64,000 nt of DNA from an uncultured Chloroflexia bacterium (GCA_963724295.1 CAVRUC010000007.1:736001-800000), one strand, 5' to 3'. Positions 1-10,137 are shown, numbered from the stretch's first letter. The notes: a model not told the origin generated them from the sequence alone. Numbers and translations: made by a program.

Positions 1-387
1 GCTCAGTCGTTCGGGATCGAGGCGCCTCGGGTCGCCATCGCCGAGATCGATCTCGACGCGTTACGTGCGGCGGGGCATCCGATTCCGACTGCCGTCTCGG
101 TGCCGCGGTTTCTCCCGGTCGAGCAAGACTTCGCCATCGTCGTTGCCGAAGAGATTGCAGCCGCCGAGGTCGAGACGGCGTTGCGCGCGGGGGCCGGGCC
201 GCTGGCGACCGCGGTGACCCTGTTCGATATCTATCGCGGTCCCCAGATCGGGGAAAACCGCAAGAGCCTGGCCTATCGCGTAACCTTCACCGCTCCGGAC
301 CGCGCGCTGACCGACGCGGAGCTGAGCAAGGTCCGGGACCGCATTGCCCGGTCCCTGAAGAAGGTCGGCGGAGAGCTTCGCGCGTAG
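1..387 (+). CDS. pheT: Phenylalanine-tRNA ligase beta subunit, C-terminal part (5' truncated by window)
   Basis: Frame open from base 1; FDX-ACB anticodon-binding domain motifs 'QDFAIVV', 'LFDIYRG', 'KSLAYRVTF', 'LTDAE', ending 'GELRA'. Confidence 0.93.
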   Translation, partial: AQSFGIEAPRVAIAEIDLDALRAAGHPIPTAVSVPRFLPVEQDFAIVVAEEIAAAEVETALRAGAGPLATAVTLFDIYRGPQIGENRKSLAYRVTFTAPDRALTDAELSKVRDRIARSLKKVGGELRA

Positions 388-411
388 TAATCGAAGACCA
401 AGGCATCCTGG

Positions 412-1785
412 ATGACCATGCAGACCGCAACGACAACCACGCCGATGCCCCGCCTCATCCGCGATGTGGACGAAGCGAGACTCGAGCTGACCAGGCGACG
501 CGGCTTCGAGGAGCCCGATCTCTCCCCACGCATGCGGGAGGGCATTCGCCGCGTGTTCGGGACTGATCTGAGCGCGGATGAGGTGGTCGACCGCATCCTC
601 AACGACGTGCGCAACGAGGGGGATGCGGCGATCTTGCGCTACTCCGCCGCGTTCGACGGCGAGGCGTCAGATCAAATGGAGATCCCGCGTAGCGCATGGA
701 AGACGGCGCTCTCCGGACTCGATCCGGCGCTGCAAGATGCACTTCACCTGGCCGCCGACCAGATCGCCACGTTTCACCGTAAGCAGCTGCGCACGTCATG
801 GCTCGACTACAGCGACGAGGGTGCGCTAGGGCAGGTGGTCCGTCCGCTCGACCGCGTCGGCGTCTACACCCCGGGTGGGACGGCGGTCTATCCATCGTCG
901 CTGCTGATGACCGCCGTGCCGGCGCGGGTCGCCGGTGTGCAGGAGATCATCGTCTGTACGCCGCGCGGCCCGAACGGCGAGATCTCGCCCCTGGTGCTGG
1001 CCGCCGCCGAAGTGGCAGGCGTCGATCGCGTCTTCTGCATTGGCGGGGTGCAGGCCATCGCCGCGATGGCCTTTGGCACGGAGACCGTACCTCACGTCGA
1101 CAAGATCTACGGACCGGGCAACATCTTCGTCGTGCTCGCCAAGCGTCGCGTCTTCGGCATCGTCGACATCGACCAGCTTCCAGGTCCGACCGAGACGCTG
1201 TTGGTCGCCGATGAATCGGCCGACCCGGAGCTGGTCGCCGCCGATCTCCTCGCTCAGGCCGAGCACGACCCGATGGCCAGCGCCATCCTGATCACCAACA
1301 GCCCGATGCTCGCCCATGCGGTGCTCGAAGAGCTGCCTGTGCAACTCGCCTCGCTCGAGCGCGCGGACATCGCGGGGCAATCCCTGGCCGAGAACGGACT
1401 GGTCGTGCTGGTGCCGGACGTCGCCACAGCCATCGACCTCGCGAACTGCTACGCGCCGGAACATCTCTGCCTGCTCCTGCACGATCCCTGGTCGTGCGTA
1501 CCGATGGTGCGACACGCGGGCGGAATTTTCGTCGGCGAGGACAGCCCGGAAGCGCTCGGCGACTACACCGCGGGGCCGAGCCACGTCATGCCGACGGGAG
1601 GTACGGCTCGCTTCTCGTCGCCGATCAATGTCGCCGAGTTCACGAAGGTGATCAGCGTCATCGCCGCCAACAACAGCGCGATTCGCCGCCTGGGACCAGC
1701 GACCTCGATGCTCGCCCGCGCCGAAGGCCTCACCGCTCATGCTCGCGCCATCGAGCGTCGCCTGGAGCGACTGGACCAGGAGTGA
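412..1785 (+). CDS. hisD: Histidinol dehydrogenase
   Basis: Motifs 'GVYTPGG', 'GGVQAIAAMAFGTE', 'KIYGPGN', 'DLLAQAEHD', 'APEHL', 'GDYTAGPSHVMPT'; start 412 or 415. Confidence 0.97.
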   Translation: MTMQTATTTTPMPRLIRDVDEARLELTRRRGFEEPDLSPRMREGIRRVFGTDLSADEVVDRILNDVRNEGDAAILRYSAAFDGEASDQMEIPRSAWKTALSGLDPALQDALHLAADQIATFHRKQLRTSWLDYSDEGALGQVVRPLDRVGVYTPGGTAVYPSSLLMTAVPARVAGVQEIIVCTPRGPNGEISPLVLAAAEVAGVDRVFCIGGVQAIAAMAFGTETVPHVDKIYGPGNIFVVLAKRRVFGIVDIDQLPGPTETLLVADESADPELVAADLLAQAEHDPMASAILITNSPMLAHAVLEELPVQLASLERADIAGQSLAENGLVVLVPDVATAIDLANCYAPEHLCLLLHDPWSCVPMVRHAGGIFVGEDSPEALGDYTAGPSHVMPTGGTARFSSPINVAEFTKVISVIAANNSAIRRLGPATSMLARAEGLTAHARAIERRLERLDQE

Positions 1786-2100
1786 GCACGTGCCAAGAGC
1801 ATGTCGGCAAGGCTGCCACGGATAGAGAGGCAAGCACGGGAACGGCACAAGCCGACAAAGAGGTCGGCGTGACTCCCCGCCGGTTGTAGTGGCTCGTTTC
1901 CTGGCGTCAAGCGGCCTGGGCTCGGCTGAAAACCCACCTATCCGCTACGGCAGGGTGTTCAGGCCGCAGGCGAGACTATTCGAATTACCTGTGCAGTTGG
2001 GGAGGTCAGGACTGGGCGTGCCACCCACCTCACAGCTGGGCGCTATGTTTCCGGTGATTTCAACGCGGCTGAATCCCGGGCCATTTGGTACTCGCTCAAC

Positions 2101-2140
2101 CGTTCAGTCACCCAGACAAGCGAGGTCCCAAAGTGTCACA
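2101..2140 (-). promoter_or_regulatory. Putative ECF-type promoter motif, copy 1 (no clear gene downstream)
   Basis: Minus strand tgtgacactttgggacctcgcttgtctgggtgactgaacg; same 15-nt spacing as the three other copies. Confidence 0.6.
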
Positions 2141-2208
2141 CCAGATATCTACCAGGGTTTCGCGTGAGGCGTCCGCGAGGGTGCCGATCAGCACACGTCG
2201 GGCAGTGC

Positions 2209-3891
2209 TCAAGCTGGACGCGCGACATCGATGGTCAGCAGGTTCGTCGAGGCCGGCCAGTTGCCGTCGGGCGTGATGCGGCTGTAGCCGGTCACGTACG
2301 GCTTGACCAGCACCGAGTTGGATGCGGTGTGGACGAAGATGGCCGGCGCATCGGCGACGAGCATCTGCCCCGCTTCCTCGTAGAGCGCGATCCGCGCCTC
2401 CAGGTCGAGTTCGGCATCCGCGCGGTCGAGCAGCGCCTCGAGCTCCGGATTACAGTAGCCCTGGTTGAGCTCCGATCCACAGCGCCAGACCGCGAACCAG
2501 GTGCTGGGATCGGCGCTTGCCCACCAGGTTGATTCATGGAATTGCGGCCAGGTGGCCCAGTCGTCGTGATCGTCGTAGAGCCCGTCGTACTCCTCCTCCG
2601 GCAACGACACCAGGGTCAGCTCGACGCCGAGCACCTGGAGGTATTGCTCGGAGATCCACTGGCCGAAGCGCTCCTCGATGGGGCTCCCCTCGAACACATA
2701 CCAGACGATCTCCGGCAGGTTCTCCGGGCTCCCGTAGGAGGAGGCCGCCAGGGCCTCCCGCGCCTTGGCCGGATCGAAGGCGAAGGCTTCGGTCTCGATC
2801 GCGCCGGGCGCGCCCGGGGCAATCCAGCTCAACGTCGGTGTGCACGCGCCGAGGGTAATCTGCCGGCAATACCCCTCACGGTCAAAGCCGTAGGCGAACG
2901 CCTCACGCACCTTCGGGTCCTGGAAAGGTTCGCGTTTGAGATTGAATGCCCAGTAGATCGTCCCGGGGATGGGGAGGCTGATGAGCTCCCGACTGAGAAC
3001 GGGATCGGCCTCGATCATCGGCAACATCGGTTCCGGCATCCAGGTGATATCGAACTCACCCTGCTCGTAGCCGGTCATGTTGGCGGGATCCCCGTAGTCG
3101 ACGAAACGAAAGTCGATCCCATCCAGCTTGGTGTGGCCACCCCAGTACCGGTCGTTGCGCGCGAAGGTCAGCTGCTGGTTGGGCTTCTCGGCTTCATAGG
3201 CGACAAGGCGGAAGGGGCCGTTGCCGATCCGGGTGGCCGGGTTGGACCACCACTCCGGTCCGCCCGCTTCGATCAGGTCCTGGCGCAAGGGATATGCGAC
3301 CCAGGACGAGGCGAGCGACGGGAAGTACGGCGCCGGTCGCTCAAACTGGATCTCGAGGGTCCGGTCGTCGAGGGCATGCACGCCAAGCGCGACCGGCCTC
3401 GTCGCCGGCGCGGGGCTCGCGTCGCCCTGGGCGGTGCTCGCCGCGTCGCCGCCGGTGAAGAGCTCCTCGCACCCAACGATGTCGAAGAGTTGGATCGCGA
3501 TCCGAGAATCAAGCTCCGGACTGCACATCCGATCGATGCCGAAGCGGAAGTGCTCGGCGGTAATCGGCACGCCGTCGCTGAAAACAAGCCCCTCGCGCAG
3601 GTGGAAGGTCAGCGTCTTCCCATCGGGGCTGAACTCCCACGACTCTGCAGCCCCGGGGACGACCTGCAGCTCCTCGTCGATGCGGGTGAGTCCCTCAAAA
3701 TCGAACAGGTAAAACCCCTGGCCGTTGTCGCTGAGCTGGGGATCGAAGGGCTCCGGGAAGAAATCCCCCGCGTTGATGCGGAGGACTTTGGGCGTGCCAC
3801 TATCCTGGGCCGCGGCCAGGCTGAGGCCAGGTAGCAGCGAGGTGAGCACGAGGAGAACGACAATGGGAGCAACAGTGATCCCACGACGCAT
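2209..3891 (-). CDS. Family 5 (OppA/DppA-like) peptide ABC substrate-binding protein, paralog 1
   Basis: Sec signal MRRGITV...AAAQD; 'EGLTRID', 'AESWEFS', 'GNGPF', 'VREAFAYGFDR'; SD-like GGAAGGGG before ATG 3891. Confidence 0.92.
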   Translation of the reverse strand: MRRGITVAPIVVLLVLTSLLPGLSLAAAQDSGTPKVLRINAGDFFPEPFDPQLSDNGQGFYLFDFEGLTRIDEELQVVPGAAESWEFSPDGKTLTFHLREGLVFSDGVPITAEHFRFGIDRMCSPELDSRIAIQLFDIVGCEELFTGGDAASTAQGDASPAPATRPVALGVHALDDRTLEIQFERPAPYFPSLASSWVAYPLRQDLIEAGGPEWWSNPATRIGNGPFRLVAYEAEKPNQQLTFARNDRYWGGHTKLDGIDFRFVDYGDPANMTGYEQGEFDITWMPEPMLPMIEADPVLSRELISLPIPGTIYWAFNLKREPFQDPKVREAFAYGFDREGYCRQITLGACTPTLSWIAPGAPGAIETEAFAFDPAKAREALAASSYGSPENLPEIVWYVFEGSPIEERFGQWISEQYLQVLGVELTLVSLPEEEYDGLYDDHDDWATWPQFHESTWWASADPSTWFAVWRCGSELNQGYCNPELEALLDRADAELDLEARIALYEEAGQMLVADAPAIFVHTASNSVLVKPYVTGYSRITPDGNWPASTNLLTIDVARPA

Positions 3892-3962
3892 GGTTAGCCC
3901 CTTCCCGGGTGATGACGCACTATTCCGACTGCAAGATCGTGTGGGGCGCAACATAACAGAAC

Positions 3963-4026
3963 GGCGCCTCCAGGGCAATCCCTTGGAGGCGCCGCGATGC
4001 CTCCCTCCATCTGCGGGAGGCATCGC
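3963..4026 (-). terminator. Two adjacent GC-rich hairpins downstream of SBP paralog 2 and upstream of paralog 1
   Basis: ggcgcctcca/tggaggcgcc (3963-3993) and gcgatgcctccc/gggaggcatcgc (3994-4026); on the minus strand the last stem is followed by gttctgtt. Confidence 0.5.
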
Positions 4027-4070
4027 ATAGTTGACGGTGTCGCGCATTCAACACGCGAGGCGGCGCGGCT

Positions 4071-5753
4071 TCACCCGATCTTATCGATCGTCATAAGCGA
4101 GGAGAGCGAGCCTGGCCACTCGGCCTCGCTGGCTGTCGGCGTGATGCCGGTCACATTTGGCTTGACCAGAGCTCGCCCGGCGGGATTGAAGAGGAACACT
4201 CCTGGCACGTCCTCGATGAGGATCTGCTGGGCCTGATGGTAGTAGCTGAGCCGCTCCTCGGGATCAATCGTGGTGTCGCCAAGCTGGGTGAGCCGATCGA
4301 ACTCCTCATTGCAATAGCCGGCCGCCTGGGCAAAGGTTGCATCACAGGTCCAGAAGACGCTGAGCCAGTTCTGTGGGTCCGGGTAATCCTGGAACCAGCC
4401 GCCGTACATCAACAGTTGGGGATAGGTCGTGGCATCTTTGGTCAAGGAGAAGACTGTTGTGCCGTCAAGCGGCTTGAGTTCGAGGTCGATGCCCAGGATG
4501 TCGCGAAACTGCCCGGCTACCCATTCCGCCCGCTCGACCTCGGTTGGATCGTCGTTGATGTACGTGAGCTCGATCTTGGGGAGGTTCTCCGGACCGCCAT
4601 AGGAGGAGTCGGCGAGTGCTTGCCTGGCTGCCGCGGGATCGAACGCAAACTGGTCAGTCTCGAGGGATCCTGGGACGCCAGGCGGGATCCACGAGAGCGT
4701 CGGCACACAGGTGCCGGACTGGATCTCGGTGCAGAAGGTTTCGCGGTCGAAGCCGTAGGCAAAGGCCTCGCGCACCTTCTCGTCCGTAAACGGCTCCTTG
4801 GTGAGTGACATCGCCAGATAGATGGTGCCCGCGACCGGATACTCGAGGAGTTCAGCCGAGAGCTTGGGGTCGTTCAAGATCTCGGGGAAAAGCGTTGCCC
4901 CGACCCCGACGATGTCGAGCTCATCGGCCCGATAGGCTTCCAGAGCAACGGCCGGGTCCGCGACGTAGACGTACTCGATGCCGTCGAGCTTGGGTCGTCC
5001 CTGCCAGTAGTTGTCGTTGGCGACGAAGGACCACTCTTGCTCCTCATCGATGCTCACGACTGTAAACGGTCCGTTGCCGATGTGGTTCTCCGCTGTGCGC
5101 CACCAGCTGTCCGGGTTGGCGGCGACGATTTCGGCCTTGACCGGATAGAAGACCCAGGTATAGGCAATCGTATGGAAATAGGGGGCGGGGTTGGTCAGAT
5201 CAAGCTGGAGGGTCCGATCGTCCAGCGTGCGCACCCCGAGCGCGGAGCGAGCAGCTTCGTGCTCGTCTTCTGTGTACTCGCGGGCGTTGCCCTGCGCATC
5301 AGTAGCAAGCCCCGCGAACTCCGCACAGCCGACGATCTCAAAGAGGATGGCCTGGTACTCGCCAGCAGTCACCGGGTCGCAGGTGCGCTCCACCGCATAA
5401 CGGAAGTTCTCGGCCGTTAGCGGAGAACGGTCGCTGTACGTGAGCCCTTCGCGCAAGTGGAACGTGATCTGGGTGGCGTCCTCGTTGTACTCCCAGGATT
5501 CGGCCGCCGCGGGCACGGTCTCCTGGTTGGTGTCGAGCCGCGTCAGGCCCTCATAGACCAGCGCCATGATGTCGATCTCGTTGGTGAATGAGCTCTTCTG
5601 GGGGTCGACAACATCCGGGTAGAAGGCATGCTGGACGCGCAGGACTTTATCGCCCTCCTGGGCCGCGGTGCCGGTGGTTAGCCGTGGGATAACAAGAGCG
5701 AGCAAGGCGACGAACAGAGCCAGATGGAACCAGCGAACAGACGTGCGTCTCAT
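4071..5753 (-). CDS. Family 5 peptide ABC substrate-binding protein, paralog 2
   Basis: Sec signal ...TAAQE; 'YEGLTRLD', 'GNGPF', 'GWFQDYPDPQNWL'; SD AGGAGGAG. Confidence 0.94.
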   Translation of the reverse strand: MRRTSVRWFHLALFVALLALVIPRLTTGTAAQEGDKVLRVQHAFYPDVVDPQKSSFTNEIDIMALVYEGLTRLDTNQETVPAAAESWEYNEDATQITFHLREGLTYSDRSPLTAENFRYAVERTCDPVTAGEYQAILFEIVGCAEFAGLATDAQGNAREYTEDEHEAARSALGVRTLDDRTLQLDLTNPAPYFHTIAYTWVFYPVKAEIVAANPDSWWRTAENHIGNGPFTVVSIDEEQEWSFVANDNYWQGRPKLDGIEYVYVADPAVALEAYRADELDIVGVGATLFPEILNDPKLSAELLEYPVAGTIYLAMSLTKEPFTDEKVREAFAYGFDRETFCTEIQSGTCVPTLSWIPPGVPGSLETDQFAFDPAAARQALADSSYGGPENLPKIELTYINDDPTEVERAEWVAGQFRDILGIDLELKPLDGTTVFSLTKDATTYPQLLMYGGWFQDYPDPQNWLSVFWTCDATFAQAAGYCNEEFDRLTQLGDTTIDPEERLSYYHQAQQILIEDVPGVFLFNPAGRALVKPNVTGITPTASEAEWPGSLSSLMTIDKIG

Positions 5754-5777
5754 GCGACTCCTCCTCTGATGTATACC

Positions 5778-5816
5778 CGTTACTCCACCAGACGAGGGAG
5801 GATGAAAAGTGTCACA
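5778..5816 (-). promoter_or_regulatory. Putative ECF-type promoter motif, copy 2 (upstream of SBP paralog 2)
   Basis: Minus strand tgtgacacttttcatcctccctcgtctggtggagtaacg, ending ~25 nt before the ATG at 5753. Confidence 0.75.
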
Positions 5817-6039
5817 GCGACGTTGACGCCGGGATCACGGGTTCGCTGAGAACGATGGCCCCGGATGACGAAGATGATTGCTTTGGGACGTCAGAGTGCT
5901 ATGAATTGACGAACGAACCCATGGAGGCGGTATGCACCCGCGAGATCCGCGTTCATCGATGCCGCCGCATGCGGACTGCCTATGGGCAGGGTGCACTCGC
6001 TGCGAATCTTTCATGTGCGAGCGAGTCAGTCAACCGTCG

Positions 6040-7701
6040 TCATGCGGGCCGCTCGACGTCGACGGTCATGAGGTTCATCCAGCCCGGCCAGTTCCCGTTC
6101 ACGTAGGGCGTCGTGCGCGAGTAGCCGACCACGGACGGCTTGACCAGCACCGTGGAGTAGTCCGTGTGGACGAAGATCGCCGGTGCATCGGCCACGAGCA
6201 TCCGCCCGGCCTCCTCGTAGAGCGCGACGCGCGTATCCGGATCGAGCTCCGCATCGGCGCGATCGAGCAGCGCGTCGAGCGCCGGATTGCAGTAGCCCTC
6301 GCCGCTATCGTACGTCGAATCGCAGCGCCAGAAGACGAACCAACTCCGTGGATCGGAACCGGCCCACCAGACCGACCAGTGCAACTGCGGCACGGTCGCC
6401 GGCTCGCCATAGAGAGCGTCCAAAGTCTCCCAGTCGATCGGGACGAGCTTCAGCTCCACGCCCAGCACCTGGCGGAACTGCTCGTAGTACCACTGCGCGT
6501 TGCGCAGGTCTGCCTCACTGCCCTCCTCGTAGTACCAGGTGATCTCCGGCAGGTGCTCCGGTCCACCGTATGACGATTTCGCCAGGGCCTGTCGCGCCTG
6601 ATCCGGGTCGAAGGCGTAAGCGTCGGTCTCGATGGAACCGGGCGCACCCGATGGGATCATGCTCAGCGTCGGCGTACACAGATCATATCGCTTCCCGCAA
6701 TAGTCCTCGCGGTCGAAGGCGTAGGCAAAGGCCTCCCGCACCTTCGGGTCCTGAAACGGCTCGCGCGTCTGATTGAAGTGGAAGAAGACCGTCCCCGCGA
6801 TGGGCAGCGGGACCAGATCCCGGCTCAGCGCCGGGTCGGCCTCGAGCGCGGGGATCAACTGTGACCGCGGCCAGATGACATCGAGCTCGCCGCGGCGATA
6901 ACCCTCGATTGCCGGATCGCCGTGGTCGATGAAAACGAACTCGATGCGGTCCAGCTTGGTGGGGCCGCCCCAGTAGGCATCGTTGCGGGCATAGACGACG
7001 CGGTGGTCCGGCCCGTCCGCGTTGTACTCCACCATTCGAAACGGGCCGTTGCCGATCCGCATGGCCGGGTTGGCCCACCAGTTGGGGCTGCCCGCTTCAA
7101 TCAGGTCCTGGCGCAACGGAATCGTGCGCCACACCGCCGCCTGCGCCGGGAAGTACGGCGCAGGCTTTGTAAATCGGTACTCCAGCGTTTGGTCGTCGAG
7201 GACGCGCACGCCGAAGGCGGCTTTGGCTGCGGCCGCCGCGGCGCCATCCCCGGCGTTGAAGAGCGCATCGCAGCCGATGAGCTCGGCGAGCTCACCCCGC
7301 GAGCGCGAGTTGAGCTCAGGACTGCAGACCCGTTCCGCGGCGTAGCGAAAGTGCTCGGCGGTGACCGGCACGCCATCACTAAAGACCAAACCGTCGCGCA
7401 GATGGAAGGTGACCGTCGTGCCGTCGGGGCTGAACTCCCAGGACTCGGCCGCGCCGGGGATGGGTTGCAGCTCTTCGTCGATGCGCGTGAGTCCTTCATA
7501 GTCGAGCCCGCCCGACATCGACCATTGCCCGAGGTCACTGTGCTGAGGATCGAGCGTTTCGGGCATCTCAGGACCCCAGTTCATTCGCAGAACGTGCGCT
7601 TGGCCCGGCGTCTGCGCTGCCGCGGTCGGGGCGGGGCTGGGGAAGAGCGAACCCAGTAAGAGGGCGACAAGTATGGGGACACTGAGTAGCTGGCGAGGCA
7701 T
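6040..7701 (-). CDS. Family 5 peptide ABC substrate-binding protein, paralog 3
   Basis: SD AAGGAG then ATG 7701 (MPRQLL); signal ...AAAQT; long stretches nearly identical to paralog 1 (EGLTRIDEELQ, WWxNPAxRIGNGPF, ALLDRADAELD). Confidence 0.92.
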   Translation of the reverse strand: MPRQLLSVPILVALLLGSLFPSPAPTAAAQTPGQAHVLRMNWGPEMPETLDPQHSDLGQWSMSGGLDYEGLTRIDEELQPIPGAAESWEFSPDGTTVTFHLRDGLVFSDGVPVTAEHFRYAAERVCSPELNSRSRGELAELIGCDALFNAGDGAAAAAAKAAFGVRVLDDQTLEYRFTKPAPYFPAQAAVWRTIPLRQDLIEAGSPNWWANPAMRIGNGPFRMVEYNADGPDHRVVYARNDAYWGGPTKLDRIEFVFIDHGDPAIEGYRRGELDVIWPRSQLIPALEADPALSRDLVPLPIAGTVFFHFNQTREPFQDPKVREAFAYAFDREDYCGKRYDLCTPTLSMIPSGAPGSIETDAYAFDPDQARQALAKSSYGGPEHLPEITWYYEEGSEADLRNAQWYYEQFRQVLGVELKLVPIDWETLDALYGEPATVPQLHWSVWWAGSDPRSWFVFWRCDSTYDSGEGYCNPALDALLDRADAELDPDTRVALYEEAGRMLVADAPAIFVHTDYSTVLVKPSVVGYSRTTPYVNGNWPGWMNLMTVDVERPA

Positions 7702-7946
7702 GGCGAGCTCCTTCTCGCACGACGCCGCAGCATCGCGACGCCGGACGGCATCGTAGCGCATCATGCCGCGCAACGCCTCCCGGATAGATCCGGGAGGCGT
7801 CGGATCGCGAACGGTGTCAAGCGCTCAGCAGGCGATGGCGCCGTACTTCACCCCGTCTTGTCGATAGTCTTCGGCCTCCTCCATTTCCGCATGTGATCCG
7901 GCTTGTGGCGCTCATCCAGCTTCGGCTGGGGGTCCCCCAACACGCC

Positions 7947-9119
7947 CTACGCGGACGGCACCGCCCAGCATGGTGGAGCAGCCATGGGCGTGGCTGCTGC
8001 CTCGTCAGTGGCTGAACCCTCGAGATCGAGCCGGGCAATCGTCCCTTGGCCGGCAGGAGCGCCCAGCGCCGGTAGGCTGAGGTAGAGTGCTCCATCGGAC
8101 CCGAAGTCCATGCCGATCGGGAAGTTCAACCCGTCGGCCACTACCTCCAGGGTATCCGGTCCGGTCTGACGCACGATGCGTCCGGAGTCGGGCAGGATGA
8201 ACGGGTCCTCGTCAATGCTGCCGGTCACCATCTCGAGGGCATAGAGCGCATCGTCCGGCCCAACCGCCAGCGCGACCACGGCAGTCAACCCCGTCCAGTG
8301 GTCGGTGACCGTGCCATCGGGGGCGACGTGGATCACCTTGGCCGTACCATCGAGGAAGGGGAAGGGGGCGAGGTTGCCGACGTAGACCCCGCCGTCCGGG
8401 GCAGGGGCGATCCCGGTCGGTACCGGGTGCTGGGTCGAAAGATCGACCACACGGGTGATCTCTCCGGCGGGGGTAATCCGCAGCACCTGTCCCTGATGGG
8501 TCTCCACCACCCAGAAGCCACTGCCGTCGGCCATCGGTGCCATCTGCCAGACCTCGCCATCCGGGTCGAAGTCCTGCTCGGTAATGTCGGCGACCAGGTT
8601 GGCTCGCATCCAGGCTGACAGATCAGCGACAACCGCGAACGTCCCGTCCGCGTTGATGCGGTAGAGGCCAGCTGGCTGCTCCGGGTTTCCATGGACCGCG
8701 CCGCCACCGTCGACCGTGGCGTAGAGCTGGCCGCCGAGGATAGCGACATCGGAGACGCCGACCACGCCTCCTGTCCCATCGATGTACGAGGGCAGGCCAG
8801 CGGCAACGGTGACCGGGCAGCCGTCTTGGATGCGGGCTACCGCAGCGGACGGTCCGCCATAGAAGCCGAGGAAAGCCTCGAGCGCCGGGGCATCCTCCGT
8901 TGGCAGGTTTGGCCCACCAGTTCCGGCGAGGGCGACATAGAGCGTACCGTCCTCGGCCCAGGTGAAGCCGCGGGGGTTGGTCAACCCGCCGGCGACGGTG
9001 TCGAGATCAGCCGGTCCGACGCCGGCGGCAGGAGAGGCATCCTGTGCGGCGAGTCGAGCGGGACTGAGCAACAGGATGACGAGAACCAGCGAGAAGGCGA
9101 TGGTCGGCAGACGGGACAT
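7947..9119 (-). CDS. Secreted ScyD/ScyE-family beta-propeller protein
   Basis: Signal peptide ...LAAQD; 'GLTNPRG', 'LYVALAGTGG', 'VPTGIAPAPDGGVYVG', 'GLNFPIGMDFGSDGALY' repeats. Confidence 0.8.
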   Translation of the reverse strand: MSRLPTIAFSLVLVILLLSPARLAAQDASPAAGVGPADLDTVAGGLTNPRGFTWAEDGTLYVALAGTGGPNLPTEDAPALEAFLGFYGGPSAAVARIQDGCPVTVAAGLPSYIDGTGGVVGVSDVAILGGQLYATVDGGGAVHGNPEQPAGLYRINADGTFAVVADLSAWMRANLVADITEQDFDPDGEVWQMAPMADGSGFWVVETHQGQVLRITPAGEITRVVDLSTQHPVPTGIAPAPDGGVYVGNLAPFPFLDGTAKVIHVAPDGTVTDHWTGLTAVVALAVGPDDALYALEMVTGSIDEDPFILPDSGRIVRQTGPDTLEVVADGLNFPIGMDFGSDGALYLSLPALGAPAGQGTIARLDLEGSATDEAAATPMAAPPCWAVPSA

Positions 9120-9261
9120 GATAGAGCCTCCATGAATGCTGAATGGATGCCGCGCTCATGGCCGGGTCCGGGAGACGGATCCGGTCGGGGCGGCGCGCCG
9201 GCAGTGATACCGGCGCGCCCGTCAAAGCTCGGCACTGTCTCGTGCGGAGCTCGTGCCGGCC

Positions 9262-10137
9262 TCAGTGACCGTGCTTGCCCTTGTCGCGGTGCGTATCGCC
9301 CTTCGTTTCTTCAGTTGCTGGCGCATCCGGGGCCGCACTTCTTATTTGCGCCAGGAAGTCCGCCTCCCAGCGCTGCTGGTCCACCTTCGCCGCCCGCCCC
9401 TCCGCCTTGGTGGCCTTCTTCGAGCGGTTGGGCAGATGGACCACCTCGCAGACGTCGTCGTTGCCAGGATCGTCAATGATGATGTCTCTGCGGTTGGCCA
9501 TCACTTCGTCGTTGCCGGGCCCGCAGTGGATCGTGTCCTTGGCCCGCCGCGATTCATCGACTTGGGCAAAGATGAAATCGTCGCCCTCGCCGCCAATGAG
9601 AGTGTCGTTCCCCTGCTGGCCCGCGAACGCGTCGTCGCCGGGGCCGCCGTCCACCACGTCGTTGCCTGGTCCGCCCCACAGGTTGGGGTCGGCGCCGAAG
9701 GCGTCGTTGCCCTCCTCGCCGTAGAGCTCGTCGTCCCCGCCGCCGCCTTGCAGACCATCGAGACCGGAGCCACCGTGCATCACGTCATTGCTGACGATAT
9801 TGTCATCTTCCTGCATGAAGTCCCACGCGTCGTCGCCGAAGTAGGTGTCTTTGCCCGCCCCGCCGAACAGTTCGTCGGTGCCCGCTCCGCCATGCAGTTC
9901 GTCGTCGCCGTCCCCGCCCTCGATGATGTCGAAGCCTTTGCCGGCCTCGACGGTATCGTTGCCGCCCAGGGCGAAGATCCTGTCGCGCAGGTCGGAGCCG
10001 GTGATGGTGTCGTTCGCCTCGGTGCCCAGACACTCCCCGCCAATGCAGGTCACGTCCGCCGCCAGCGCGATGCCGCTGACCAGCCCGTAGACCAGTCCCA
10101 TCATCGCCAGTCCCCGAATCAGTGTCTGCCTGTTCAT
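9262..10137 (-). CDS. Secreted calcium-binding protein with RTX/hemolysin-type GGxGxD repeats
   Basis: SD AGGAGG, MNRQTLIRG signal, 'ADVTC..C.GT' N-cap, many GGxGxD nonapeptides, 'IHCGPGND...CE' C-cap. Confidence 0.85.
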   Translation of the reverse strand: MNRQTLIRGLAMMGLVYGLVSGIALAADVTCIGGECLGTEANDTITGSDLRDRIFALGGNDTVEAGKGFDIIEGGDGDDELHGGAGTDELFGGAGKDTYFGDDAWDFMQEDDNIVSNDVMHGGSGLDGLQGGGGDDELYGEEGNDAFGADPNLWGGPGNDVVDGGPGDDAFAGQQGNDTLIGGEGDDFIFAQVDESRRAKDTIHCGPGNDEVMANRRDIIIDDPGNDDVCEVVHLPNRSKKATKAEGRAAKVDQQRWEADFLAQIRSAAPDAPATEETKGDTHRDKGKHGH

